This document shows, in pieces, positions 47,513 through 56,444 of a DNA stretch of 62,010 nt; within the stretch, counting starts at the first letter, position 1, and each line of letters begins with the position of its first letter. Both the position numbers and the translations under genes were made by a program. The notes under the pieces are model-generated. The model saw nothing but the letters and a program-made list of their open reading frames with translations. It was not told where the DNA came from and did not search any database. The DNA lies in IMG/VR virus record IMGVR_UViG_3300044850_000073, positions 1 to 62,010 of that record, one strand, 5' to 3'. The stretch is from a virus. Its lineage: Duplodnaviria > Caudoviricetes.

Positions 47513-49021
47513 ATGCAAGTTGTTCATCCAACAAATAATCCAGCATTAGTTAGCTACCATAGACCCGAGCTAGTTAGCTTACTACCTAGCCTAGAGCTGG
47601 CTCTAGACTGTTGGAACTTATTGGATACAGATGGCAGGGGCTCTGCTAAGTCCAAGTACTTAGTCCAAGAACCTGCCGAGCCGAAAAAGGCTTTCATATC
47701 ACGTCTTGGGCGATCTACTTATGCGCCGATATATCGGGATTCAATCAAAGCTTACGCTGGCTTATTGAATCGGTTTCAATTACGCGATTCTCCTCCAAGT
47801 CTTGATGAATGGCAATCGAACGTAGATTTACAGGGTTCTAGCATACAAAGTTTTTGGAATAGATGCGATGAATACGTCATCAGAGATGGTGGTGTATTCG
47901 TCATGGTTGACATGATGCCAGAAAACGATGACGTCAGCAACTTCCTTGACCAGCAGACAGATGGTCGCCATCCTTACAAGATTTTAGTTGAGAGAAAAGA
48001 CGTAATTAACTGGTCGGTTGAATACAAAGGTGGTAGGGAGTTCATCCAGCATGCTACTATTAGACAGATAAAATCCATCCCAATTGCATCTGGGTATGGC
48101 GTCACACTGGAACCAGTATATTATGTATTGAAGCCAAGATTAATTGAAGAATATCGCCTAGAGCGCAAGGACAATAGATGGACTCAAGTAAAGACTGCTG
48201 AATATCAGACTACATTACCGATTGTTCCTTTGATCTGGTATGGAGCATCTACAAGTAGATTCGCTCAAGGCGATCTGCCATTGAACGGATTGGCTGAATT
48301 AAGTATCCAGCATTTTCAGAGTCGTTCCGATTTAACAGAACTGCTCCATAAGTGTGCCATGCCAGTACCTGTGAGGAAAGGCGTAGGCGTGGGCCCTGAC
48401 GGCAGAACTCCTCCATTAGTGTTAGGACCGAATACTGCCGTTGATCTACCGGGCGAAGGAAGTGACTTTAGTTTTGCTGAGCCTACTGGCAGGAGTCTAG
48501 AAAGACACCAAGCTGAGATCAGTCATATTGAAGAGTTGATGGATCGCTCTGGTCTCAATTTTTTATATGGAGCTAATATCAAAACTGCTACTGAAGCGTC
48601 CCTGAGAGCGTCGCAAGTCGCTTCTCAAGTAGCTGCGCTTGTCAGGAACAAGACGAGCGCATTTAATACGGTAATGAAGTTATGGGCTGCCTACGCTGGA
48701 GAGCTTGATACTCTCACAAGGGAATCTGGCATCGTATTGAATGACAGTCTGATCAACAGGCCGCTTGATCCAAGTGGTATTGCTCAATTAATTAATCTGC
48801 GTAATTCAAACATTCTTAGCACTCAAACCGTACAAAAAGAGTTGCAACGCGGAGGTATACTTGACCCAGACTTGGTTCTTGAGGAGGAACTAACCAGGGT
48901 AACAGAGCAAGAGCAGTCTGGGATGGTTGAAATGGCCAAACCAGCCAACAGTAAGGGGAATCCGAATCCGGGCGGCAAAGGAACCGAACCTTTAGCGGTT
49001 AACCCGTTGGCAAAACAATGA
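47513..49021 (+). CDS. Portal protein (DUF4055-like)
   Basis: YL.QEPAE..RL..NVDLQG..VINW..PL.GLAELSIQHFQ..KTATE pattern; 502 aa. Confidence 0.88.
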   Translation: MQVVHPTNNPALVSYHRPELVSLLPSLELALDCWNLLDTDGRGSAKSKYLVQEPAEPKKAFISRLGRSTYAPIYRDSIKAYAGLLNRFQLRDSPPSLDEWQSNVDLQGSSIQSFWNRCDEYVIRDGGVFVMVDMMPENDDVSNFLDQQTDGRHPYKILVERKDVINWSVEYKGGREFIQHATIRQIKSIPIASGYGVTLEPVYYVLKPRLIEEYRLERKDNRWTQVKTAEYQTTLPIVPLIWYGASTSRFAQGDLPLNGLAELSIQHFQSRSDLTELLHKCAMPVPVRKGVGVGPDGRTPPLVLGPNTAVDLPGEGSDFSFAEPTGRSLERHQAEISHIEELMDRSGLNFLYGANIKTATEASLRASQVASQVAALVRNKTSAFNTVMKLWAAYAGELDTLTRESGIVLNDSLINRPLDPSGIAQLINLRNSNILSTQTVQKELQRGGILDPDLVLEEELTRVTEQEQSGMVEMAKPANSKGNPNPGGKGTEPLAVNPLAKQ

Positions 49022-49076
49022 TGTGAACTCTTTTGCTAATGCGCTCTTGTTATACTGGACAAAAGGACCTCAGGCT

Positions 49077-49283
49077 ATGATTATAGCTCGCATCGAGTTT
49101 AAACCTGAATACGCTTGTGATTTTATCGATTCCGAGCATGGAACCCAGACTATTATTCAGGTAGCTTATGCTTCGCCTGAGGACATGATCAAAGAGATCA
49201 AGCAGATCGAGCCTTACATCAAGGATTGTATCGCGGTTGTCAACGGTAGAATGTTATGTCTTAGCTCTTTCACGGCCAAGTGA
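49077..49283 (+). CDS. Hypothetical protein
   Basis: ATG 49077 after TATACT; coupled downstream. Confidence 0.55.
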   Translation: MIIARIEFKPEYACDFIDSEHGTQTIIQVAYASPEDMIKEIKQIEPYIKDCIAVVNGRMLCLSSFTAK

Positions 49284-49642
49284 GCCACCCTCTACCGGAA
49301 GGCAAATGGATTAGGTCGCCTGGCGGCAATTTTGCCTATTGCGTCAAGGGCCCCTGCTGTCGCCTGTTTGATCGCGAGGAGCTGCCCTGGCCCTGCTGCC
49401 GCCTGGCCTGGCGCAGCAAGGAGCCTAGCTGGAATCGTGTTGGCAGGCGTTTCGTGCCTGATATAGCCGCTTCCAGGTGCCCTAGCTATGCTGTTGATGC
49501 TTGCGACCAATGGGGAGGCCAGTGGTGCCAGATTCTAACGTTATACAACATTCGATTGACGGAATCTTTAAAGCAATGGTGGGTGACCAAGAAGCCCTTG
49601 ACCAAGGGTTACCCGATACTGGATTCAGCGGTCGCGGACTGA
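49280..49642 (+). CDS. Hypothetical Cys/Trp-rich protein
   Basis: GTGA overlap; 120 aa. Confidence 0.6.
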   Translation: MSHPLPEGKWIRSPGGNFAYCVKGPCCRLFDREELPWPCCRLAWRSKEPSWNRVGRRFVPDIAASRCPSYAVDACDQWGGQWCQILTLYNIRLTESLKQWWVTKKPLTKGYPILDSAVAD

Positions 49643-49780
49643 ATTGGACTAAAATCTTAAAAGAACATAATCTAGAGACGCCTGGATACCACGAGGTTAT
49701 TGCGGAAATGAAAAAACTGGGAAGAATCAAGACCAAATCGTCAAGTCTCGGGTAAGATATAGATAACCATTAATGGTTAA

Positions 49781-50008
49781 ATGGAAAAGGATCACCTGTC
49801 TCGTCTTAAGCGTGCATCGAAGCTTATCGATGGAATGCTGCATTCCCCAAGCTCTGGTATGCTGCGTCGAGCCGAGGACTGCGGATGCCTTGAAGAATTT
49901 GAATTTCTGTGCGAAGAGGCACGGATCTGCCTGGATGACGATGACTGGCTTGAGGAAATAGCCTGGGAAAAGGCTAATGCTAAGTTTTGTAACAAAATCT
50001 CGGCTTAG
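49781..50008 (+). CDS. Hypothetical protein
   Basis: 75 aa ORF. Confidence 0.55.
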   Translation: MEKDHLSRLKRASKLIDGMLHSPSSGMLRRAEDCGCLEEFEFLCEEARICLDDDDWLEEIAWEKANAKFCNKISA

Positions 50009-50066
50009 GGCATCCAGGTAGACCGGTCACCTATAGTAGGTTATTGTTCACGAGGGAAAACCCCCG

Positions 50067-50576
50067 ATGACTATCCCCCTTTCAGGTGCCCCATCGCGTC
50101 GATCCAATCGACCTTTGACACAATTTGCTTGCCGGCTGCTTGATCAGTTTATGTCAAATCGCCTAGATGATGGGCAGTATAACAATCACAACACTTATGT
50201 GAAGTGCGAATCAAGTCAAAAAGACCGAACGCTTTGCGTCAACTTGTATGAAACAGAACTGTTAAATCTAGTAATCAACAATAGTAACGACAAGCCAATT
50301 TACGTTAAGCTATCAATTGGTGATCGCTTTCCCTACAATGGCATACCCTCCAGGGTTGTAATTGAGCGGATGAATGGATTGCTTGATGGCTTGGGGATTC
50401 ATGGAATAATTCCCGAGGGTGTCAGAATATTCAAGGACAAAGATCAAGGCATTTTTTATTTTGGTAAAAACGATTACAAGGTAGCGGTTGGTCGAAACTT
50501 TGCAAGGAATATTATCATTAATTTAGACGCAAGCGATTTGTTCATTGAATCAACTGATATCCTATTTAACTCATGA
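50067..50576 (+). CDS. Hypothetical protein
   Basis: 169 aa with GAGG RBS. Confidence 0.65.
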   Translation: MTIPLSGAPSRRSNRPLTQFACRLLDQFMSNRLDDGQYNNHNTYVKCESSQKDRTLCVNLYETELLNLVINNSNDKPIYVKLSIGDRFPYNGIPSRVVIERMNGLLDGLGIHGIIPEGVRIFKDKDQGIFYFGKNDYKVAVGRNFARNIIINLDASDLFIESTDILFNS

Positions 50577-50809
50577 GCCGATACCCTAATTGGGTCTGCG
50601 ACAGTTGCGGGATCAAGAATGGTTCATGGTATACAGACGGAGTATACCATGGCCCTTCTTCCTGGTGCGCAACTTATCACCTAGGTAATTGCGATATTTG
50701 TCGCAATAAAAACATTCCAGTAACCGAACCTAGAGATTACGGACATTTGTTAAACTGGGACCAGAATGATATAAAAAATGTTCGCAAGAAACATAGGAAG
50801 ACTGGGTAA
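50573..50809 (+). CDS. Small zinc-finger protein
   Basis: CDSC..CDIC..VTEPRDYGHL. Confidence 0.7.
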   Translation: MSRYPNWVCDSCGIKNGSWYTDGVYHGPSSWCATYHLGNCDICRNKNIPVTEPRDYGHLLNWDQNDIKNVRKKHRKTG

Positions 50810-50995
50810 CAGAGCGATTATCGACCTGTCTGCAGCAAGACTTAACAAAAGATATTACAATGATTGCATTCTAGATATTTGCATATCAGGCAAACAAGGG
50901 ATTGGTGCTTGCATCGAAACGCCATTTTTCAGGGCTTCGATTAATTTCTTCATACTTCTTAAAGAGACAAATGTTTGGACGCTGGGTGACCGTTG

Positions 50996-51181
50996 ATGAA
51001 AAAGCGTATCAACTATCCTGAGTCGCTGCATCGTTATCTTATTTATTACAAAGATGGTGGAACAAGAGTTGTAACAGCTTGCGGAGCAACTAATGCGCAT
51101 TATATTGCCAGCAATCTGGATCCCAGTAAAGAAATAAACCTTTGTAAAGTTTTGGATGATTCGTGGAAGTTCAATGACTAG
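50996..51181 (+). CDS. Hypothetical protein
   Basis: Short ORF in co-oriented run. Confidence 0.5.
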   Translation: MKKRINYPESLHRYLIYYKDGGTRVVTACGATNAHYIASNLDPSKEINLCKVLDDSWKFND

Positions 51182-51332
51182 TTTCTCTCAGTCTTTTTTT
51201 GCAAACATTGTGCCCATTGGTATATCAATGAGCTTAAGCTATGTATTCTTACTTTTTATTGTTAACAAAGGCAAACATCCTAGGTCTCACAATGACACAT
51301 AATAAGCTACCTTGTCAGCGTCTCAACACATA

Positions 51333-51341
51333 GGTAGACTA
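51333..51341 (+). promoter_or_regulatory. Putative late promoter box GGTAGACTA
   Basis: Motif ~100 nt upstream of rlpA. Confidence 0.7.
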
Positions 51342-51443
51342 AGCGGATGTTTTGCTTTAGCATCTCATTAACCAGTTATTTTAATGACTCCCAGCAGGGG
51401 CCTGGTCACTAGGCGGTAGTGATGTTGAATTCTGTTAAGACTA

Positions 51444-51821
51444 TTGCCGAAAAACTTCTTTTGCGCCAGTGCGGTCCTTTCTTCCCTTTTTTCTGCATTG
51501 ATGGCTCCAGCACCAGCCTTTGCATATCAGCGATGCACTATTGCTTCTCATTACGGAGTAGGTGATGGATACCATGGACGAATGACCGCAAATGGCGAAC
51601 GATTTAATGCTTACGACCTGACTGCCGCCCATCCTTCTCTCCCTTTTGGCTCGAAATTGGTTATAACGAACCAGAGGAACGGTAAGTCAATTAAAGTACG
51701 CATCAACGACCGTGGACCGTACTATGGAGGTCGTGGCCTAGACCTTAGCTATTTGGCTTTTCGCTCTATCGATAACCCATCTAAGGGCGAAGTCAGTATT
51801 TGTTACTCGGTAGTTGCCTGA
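51444..51821 (+). CDS. rlpA: RlpA-like (DPBB) lytic transglycosylase with signal peptide
   Basis: [35 protein letters not shown]. Confidence 0.93.
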   Translation: MPKNFFCASAVLSSLFSALMAPAPAFAYQRCTIASHYGVGDGYHGRMTANGERFNAYDLTAAHPSLPFGSKLVITNQRNGKSIKVRINDRGPYYGGRGLDLSYLAFRSIDNPSKGEVSICYSVVA

Positions 51822-51843
51822 CCCGGCAAGGGCATCTAAGATA

Positions 51844-51868
51844 GGGGGGCTCCAGGCCCCCCGTTTTT
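51844..51868 (+). terminator. Intrinsic terminator
   Basis: ggggggc-tccag-gcccccc plus T5. Confidence 0.85.
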
Positions 51869-52387
51869 ATGGTCGAAGTCACCTTTACTCCATCGCAACG
51901 CGTCAAGGCGATACTAGAAGGCACTAGAAGGCAGAAGACCAACGAGGCTAGCTCTTTAAGGGGGCGGAACAACGCACCATCTCACGGGCAGGAAGCGCTG
52001 AATATGCACTTGCTGGGCGCTGCAGCCGAGATGGCTGTAGCTTCCTATCTTGATCTTGAGCAATATGTTTTTGCTGACAAAAATCCCGTACGAGGCTCCA
52101 GTGATCTTCCTGGTTATATCGACGTGAAATGTCGCTCCAAACATTGCTACGATTTATTGATTCAACTAGATGATGATCCATCTAAGAAATTTGTTTTAGT
52201 TACTATCCAAGACCGTAGGATTCGTATCCATGGATGGACTTGCGGACACGATGCGATGCAGGTAAACTGGATACGTGAATTAGTGCCTGGTCGACCTGCT
52301 TATGTCGTCCCCAGGGAATTCCTTAAACCTATCCAGGAGCTAAAATGTCTAGTGGATGCTGCATTGAACGAGAAGACATTTGGCTGA
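51869..52387 (+). CDS. PD-(D/E)XK-like nuclease-fold protein
   Basis: GAAAEMAVA..SD..IDVK. Confidence 0.6.
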   Translation: MVEVTFTPSQRVKAILEGTRRQKTNEASSLRGRNNAPSHGQEALNMHLLGAAAEMAVASYLDLEQYVFADKNPVRGSSDLPGYIDVKCRSKHCYDLLIQLDDDPSKKFVLVTIQDRRIRIHGWTCGHDAMQVNWIRELVPGRPAYVVPREFLKPIQELKCLVDAALNEKTFG

Positions 52388-52539
52388 CCTGGGAAGACCA
52401 GGATGGAGAAGAATTTGCAATGCTTAATTTCTCAAAAGAAATACTAGATACTCTTGGATGGCAAGAAGGAGACGATTTGATCTTTCTTGACCAAGAAGAT
52501 GGTTCAGTCCTGATTAAAAAAGCAGACGAAAACCAGTGA
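52345..52539 (+). CDS. AbrB/SpoVT-like DNA-binding protein
   Basis: EILDTLGWQEGDDL..DGSVLIKK. Confidence 0.7.
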   Translation: MSSGCCIEREDIWLTWEDQDGEEFAMLNFSKEILDTLGWQEGDDLIFLDQEDGSVLIKKADENQ

Positions 52540-52555
52540 GCTTTATTGTTGGGCC

Positions 52556-52702
52556 ATGAAAGACGAAGAGATTCTAAAATTAATTCAGATTAAGATTCGT
52601 GACCACGAGATCCGCGTAGCCATTATCTCCGCTATTCTTGGTATCTCAATCATAGGAGGACTTTTCCATGCAATCCACCTTAACCACGTCCTATTATCTT
52701 GA
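52556..52702 (+). CDS. 48-aa membrane microprotein (not in ORF track)
   Basis: MKDEEILKLIQIKIRDHEIRVAIISAILGISIIGGLFHAIHLNHVLLS. Confidence 0.6.
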   Translation: MKDEEILKLIQIKIRDHEIRVAIISAILGISIIGGLFHAIHLNHVLLS

Positions 52703-52853
52703 TGGTTTGACAAAGGATGAATGGGACGAGCTGATTGTCTTGAAAAACGCAATCAGTTACTCGCCAAGTACTGTCCATCCTGCTAAGATGGAACGGTTCA
52801 CTCAGCTCTTTGCCAAAAGCTTAAAAGGTAAAGGAGACCCGGTTTTTCAGTGA
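52668..52853 (+). CDS. Hypothetical protein
   Basis: 61 aa, coupled downstream. Confidence 0.65.
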   Translation: MQSTLTTSYYLDGLTKDEWDELIVLKNAISYSPSTVHPAKMERFTQLFAKSLKGKGDPVFQ

Positions 52854-53071
52854 CTCACCCCAATGTTGATGATTATCCTGCCTACCCAAAGAATGGAATT
52901 TCCATCCGGTACACCAGTGGCAGTTTTGACTATTCTTTACGTTTCGATGACACGGATTGTATTGCTACTATTGAATATATTGCTAATTTCATGCTTGGGT
53001 GCGGATTCACTCGTCCAGCTATCATTGCAGGACTCAAGCAGGTAACGGATACGCTGGAGGCTTCTCCTTAG
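52850..53071 (+). CDS. Hypothetical protein
   Basis: GTGA overlap; terminator follows. Confidence 0.6.
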   Translation: MTHPNVDDYPAYPKNGISIRYTSGSFDYSLRFDDTDCIATIEYIANFMLGCGFTRPAIIAGLKQVTDTLEASP

Positions 53072-53091
53072 GATCCTAGCAAGTCCAGGAC

Positions 53092-53121
53092 AGAAGGCCC
53101 TCCACTGCGGAGGGCTTTCTT
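53092..53121 (+). terminator. Intrinsic terminator
   Basis: agaaggccctcc-actgc-ggagggctttct. Confidence 0.75.
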
Positions 53122-53162
53122 GTGAACCGCATCAGTCGAATTGTAAACAAATCCCAATGGTC

Positions 53163-53192
53163 TTGACACGGTGACAAGGTGGAGTCTATGGT
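53163..53192 (+). promoter_or_regulatory. Sigma70-type promoter candidate
   Basis: TTGACA-N18-TATGGT. Confidence 0.5.
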
Positions 53193-53251
53193 TAAGACAC
53201 AGGCAGACGCCTGTTACCACGCAGCCCAGTCCCCATTGCTGTCACCAAGTT

Positions 53252-53641
53252 ATGGAACGAGTCTTTGATTTCTCTAATGTAACTAACTACGATTTCAGGC
53301 TAGTGGGATCAAACATAATTCTGAAATTATTTCAAGGTGATATTATAACGAAAATTTGCATAGAAACAGACAAGACTAATTCCATGGCGGATGAAGCACA
53401 CAAAAAAATTTCTACTGCAACTATTCATCGGAATAAAGAAAAACAAATTACAAAGCGCAAGCGTGTACCACTGACGCGCCTTAATGAATTCCAAGTCAAA
53501 GAAATTCGTAACGACTGGGACGCAACTGTTAAGGCGTGCGGCTCTAGAAATGCTGCAGCCGAGCAGCTTGCCACGATTTACAATTGTAGTGCAAAAAATA
53601 TCTACGCAATTATTTACCGTTATTCATGGGTCAATGTCTGA
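53252..53641 (+). CDS. Hypothetical protein with C-terminal HTH
   Basis: RLNEFQVKEIR..QLATIYNCSAKNIYAIIYRYSW. Confidence 0.6.
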   Translation: MERVFDFSNVTNYDFRLVGSNIILKLFQGDIITKICIETDKTNSMADEAHKKISTATIHRNKEKQITKRKRVPLTRLNEFQVKEIRNDWDATVKACGSRNAAAEQLATIYNCSAKNIYAIIYRYSWVNV

Positions 53642-53733
53642 AAACGTCCGTTAGACTGGTGGCACGGCACCACCTGTTGCCGCGTGTGAGGAGAACCGCT
53701 AGAATGGCGCTGGCACCCAACCAGCGCTTTTTC

Positions 53734-54102
53734 ATGTCTAGCAAATCCGAAGAACAGCTTTCTCTTGTTATCACGCTTGATGAATACAAATTTAAACTTA
53801 CAGATGTAAACGAATCGAGCGGTTTTGTCGAGTACAAAGGCAAAATGGAGGTTTCTTACGATGGAGAATTCCTTGGAATAGATACGTGGGAGTCGCCTAT
53901 TGGTGATGATTTTAGTGAGGCACCAATTCAACAGGTCACTCTAGTTGGAGCAGATCAGGCTAATCTGCTTGTTGGCGCTATCCTTGCATTATTGGAATCG
54001 TATGGTGAGTCTAGTTTATATAATGACAAGGACACACAGAAAGACTGCAAACAATTGGTTCAGGCGACCAAAGACTCTTATGCTGAAAAAGCATTTGAGT
54101 GA
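53734..54102 (+). CDS. Hypothetical acidic protein
   Basis: Internal ATG (MSSKSEE) of ORF 53626..54102. Confidence 0.55.
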   Translation: MSSKSEEQLSLVITLDEYKFKLTDVNESSGFVEYKGKMEVSYDGEFLGIDTWESPIGDDFSEAPIQQVTLVGADQANLLVGAILALLESYGESSLYNDKDTQKDCKQLVQATKDSYAEKAFE

Positions 54103-54262
54103 ATACTTGATGATCTCAAAAACAAACGACTATCCTTTTGCAAAAATAAATAGAGTTAAACATATGAATCCGCCAAGCGATTGGGATGATATTCCTATTG
54201 CAGCAAGAAAGGAATCATATATCATAAAAAACCAGCAGCGCCGTTAGATACAGATAGCCTTC

Positions 54263-54499
54263 ATGGATAGCTGTAAGCGAACATGGAATACGCACATCCG
54301 TGAATCATGGAATGTGCGTATTTTTTATTTACTTAAATCCATTGATGCTCACACTGATCTATATTTTAAGACCGGTGATCAATGGCATTTGGTTCAAGCT
54401 GATTACCTAAGGTGCTATGTCACGAAGTTAAAAGATTGGATAAAAGATCATGAATCAAGAATCATTCAAGCGCCTGAAATACCTAACTCCACTGATTAA
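54263..54499 (+). CDS. Hypothetical protein
   Basis: KRTWNTHIRESWN..LKSIDAH pattern. Confidence 0.65.
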   Translation: MDSCKRTWNTHIRESWNVRIFYLLKSIDAHTDLYFKTGDQWHLVQADYLRCYVTKLKDWIKDHESRIIQAPEIPNSTD

Positions 54500-54709
54500 A
54501 TCATACGTTTCTTGTGTTGGATTCTCTGAGTCTTGTCTATAAATAATTAAATCATGCCTGATAGATCCATCAGAAAACTCAACTCGATAGTTTTGCTTCT
54601 TTGCCAGATCGATTAACTCTTTTACGGTCCCATTAGATCTAAGTCTTTTGTGGATTCTTACAATAGGCCTGGAATTGTAAATACTGTCGTACGCGCTATA
54701 GTCGGTCAT
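54455..54709 (-). CDS. Hypothetical protein
   Basis: 84 aa ORF filling a gap. Confidence 0.5.
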   Translation of the reverse strand: MTDYSAYDSIYNSRPIVRIHKRLRSNGTVKELIDLAKKQNYRVEFSDGSIRHDLIIYRQDSENPTQETYDLISGVRYFRRLNDS

Positions 54710-54813
54710 CGGTTTTACGAGTAAGTTACGTTTACCTGTATTCCTGATATTCTACCCATGAAACACTAAGATTTGAGCAGTGCAACACTAGTTCTGAAAA
54801 TGGACTTCCAAAT

Positions 54814-54822
54814 GGAATACTG
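54814..54822 (+). promoter_or_regulatory. Putative late promoter box GGAATACTG
   Basis: Motif upstream of 54844. Confidence 0.65.
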
Positions 54823-54843
54823 TTACGCGAGTAATAATTTGAT

Positions 54844-55161
54844 ATGCTGTCAACACCGATGCGTCTTAGAGTTCAATTTATATGTGAACGTATCGGTGCA
54901 GGGGCTCCAGTTGAATTAAATGATATAACATGGATCCAGAAATTGGCAGACAGGAACCCAACGATTGCTGCAGTACTCAGAAAGGCACGCCGAGCAGCCA
55001 TGACAAAAGGTGCTCCTCAAGACGGGTTAGATGCCTTCATGGCTGACCTAGATATTGGCGACCCGGACCCAAGCAATCATCTGGTTGGACCTCAGGACCC
55101 TGTTACACTTGCTGAATGGTTCAGTAATCGACAAGCCTGGTTCAGAGGTCGGATTGACTAA
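54844..55161 (+). CDS. Hypothetical protein
   Basis: MLST..RLR..ICERI..W.QKL..DIGDPDP pattern. Confidence 0.75.
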   Translation: MLSTPMRLRVQFICERIGAGAPVELNDITWIQKLADRNPTIAAVLRKARRAAMTKGAPQDGLDAFMADLDIGDPDPSNHLVGPQDPVTLAEWFSNRQAWFRGRID

Positions 55162-55175
55162 TTTGTCATTATTGA

Positions 55176-55313
55176 TTATTTTTTCTTTTTAGGCTTCTTG
55201 CCTGCTTTGTTGAGGGCAATCGCTTGAGCTTGCTTCGGATCACGGCCTTCGTTAATTAGAGTGCGAATATTACGACCGATTGTCTTCTGACTGCTGCCTT
55301 TCTTTAGTGGCAT
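55176..55313 (-). CDS. 45-aa basic microprotein (not in ORF track)
   Basis: MPLKKGSSQKTIGRNIRTLINEGRDPKQAQAIALNKAGKKPKKKK. Confidence 0.75.
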   Translation of the reverse strand: MPLKKGSSQKTIGRNIRTLINEGRDPKQAQAIALNKAGKKPKKKK

Positions 55314-55419
55314 CTTTTGTCTCCAGGTAATCTAGCATTAGGACCCACACGACAAAAGCGCCTGTTCCCAATAATACAATTCCAATACCAATGGAAATAT
55401 CCCACGGAAAATCGGTCAT
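55270..55419 (-). CDS. 49-aa single-pass membrane microprotein (not in ORF track)
   Basis: MTDFPWDISIGIGIVLLGTGAFVVWVLMLDY... Confidence 0.55.
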   Translation of the reverse strand: MTDFPWDISIGIGIVLLGTGAFVVWVLMLDYLETKDATKERQQSEDNRS

Positions 55420-55479
55420 TTCTGCGGCTCCTGTCCTAGTTCTTGGATTAAATACTGACGAGGTGCTCTGTGACCGTAC

Positions 55480-55767
55480 TCACCACTTAACCCGGTCGCT
55501 CCAGTAAGCCGCGCTCATCTTACCTTTAGCAATATTTTTGGCATGTCTTGCCTTAAAAGACTCGCGTTTTGCCTTATCGGCAGCAGATTCACCCGCTCTG
55601 GGTGGCTTTGTATCGGCACCCTGCTCGCCAAACCGAATCAATTTCACATTGTCACCCTCTTTCGCTACAACAACATGGCTTTTGGTCGGATGATTTGGCG
55701 TTCTTTTTGGTTTGTTGTAGCCATCAACACCAGCTCTTTCTAGGCGAGGATCTTTTTTTGCTGCCAT
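55480..55767 (-). CDS. Basic conserved-type phage protein
   Basis: GYNKPKRTPNHPTKSHVV..IRFG..SFKARH..SAAYWS..KW. Confidence 0.8.
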   Translation of the reverse strand: MAAKKDPRLERAGVDGYNKPKRTPNHPTKSHVVVAKEGDNVKLIRFGEQGADTKPPRAGESAADKAKRESFKARHAKNIAKGKMSAAYWSDRVKW

Positions 55768-55834
55768 TGGATTAGGCTTAACGATTTCTTATATTTCCTG
55801 AATATTGTTATATTGATCTAGATGTGATTTAAAT

Positions 55835-56185
55835 GTGCCATACAAAGACCCCGAAAGAAATAGAGAATACCAAAGAGAATGGTCCAGGAGAAATCGTCGC
55901 GCTAAAAGTTGTTTACCTTATTTCAAAGCGAAAAAACAAATAATACTAGAGGCAAAAAGTCATCCATGCGCAATCTGTAAGCAGACATTTCCGCCAGCCG
56001 CTATGGATCTACATCATTTCGATCCATCTATTAAGGAATTTACAGTATCAAAGGCTCTGAGAAAAGTTGGCTACGAGCGATTAGTAGCGGAAATTAATAA
56101 GTGTGTAGCGCTGTGTGCCGTATGTCACAGGTTGTTACACGTTGGACTGGTGGAGCTGGAATGCCCGATGTCAGATTCGAACTGA
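55835..56185 (+). CDS. HNH-family endonuclease
   Basis: CAIC..MDLHH.DP..EINKCVALCAVCHRLLH. Confidence 0.8.
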   Translation: MPYKDPERNREYQREWSRRNRRAKSCLPYFKAKKQIILEAKSHPCAICKQTFPPAAMDLHHFDPSIKEFTVSKALRKVGYERLVAEINKCVALCAVCHRLLHVGLVELECPMSDSN

Positions 56186-56235
56186 CACTGAACGAGGCTT
56201 AAACTCGTCGCCTCTGCCAATTGGGCTAATCGGGC
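56162..56235 (-). tRNA. trnL: tRNA-Leu(TAA), short variable loop
   Basis: GCCCGAT/ATCGGGC acceptor; ACGAG-TTTAAGC-CTCGT; GTCAG-TTCGAAT-CTGAC; A73. Confidence 0.9.
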
Positions 56236-56256
56236 TTGATTCCAGTATATCACCAA

Positions 56257-56329
56257 TGCTCCCTGCGTGGATCGAACACGCCTGAGCCGAATTATGAGTT
56301 CGGAGCATTCACCAGATTGCTAAGGGAGC
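56257..56329 (-). tRNA. tRNA with CAT anticodon (likely Ile2; elongator Met possible)
   Basis: GCTCCCT/AGGGAGC; CCGAA-CTCATAA-TTCGG; C4-G69 and C5-G68 pairs as in TilS substrates. Confidence 0.88.
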
Positions 56330-56444
56330 AGCAACAGGCACAGTCTAGCGGTCGAGGTCCGACTTGGCAATGTGCTGACCCGGAGACTTTAGGTAGACAG
56401 GCTGGAGAGGGCGCCTAACATCAGTGCGAGGCCCGTACCTTACA

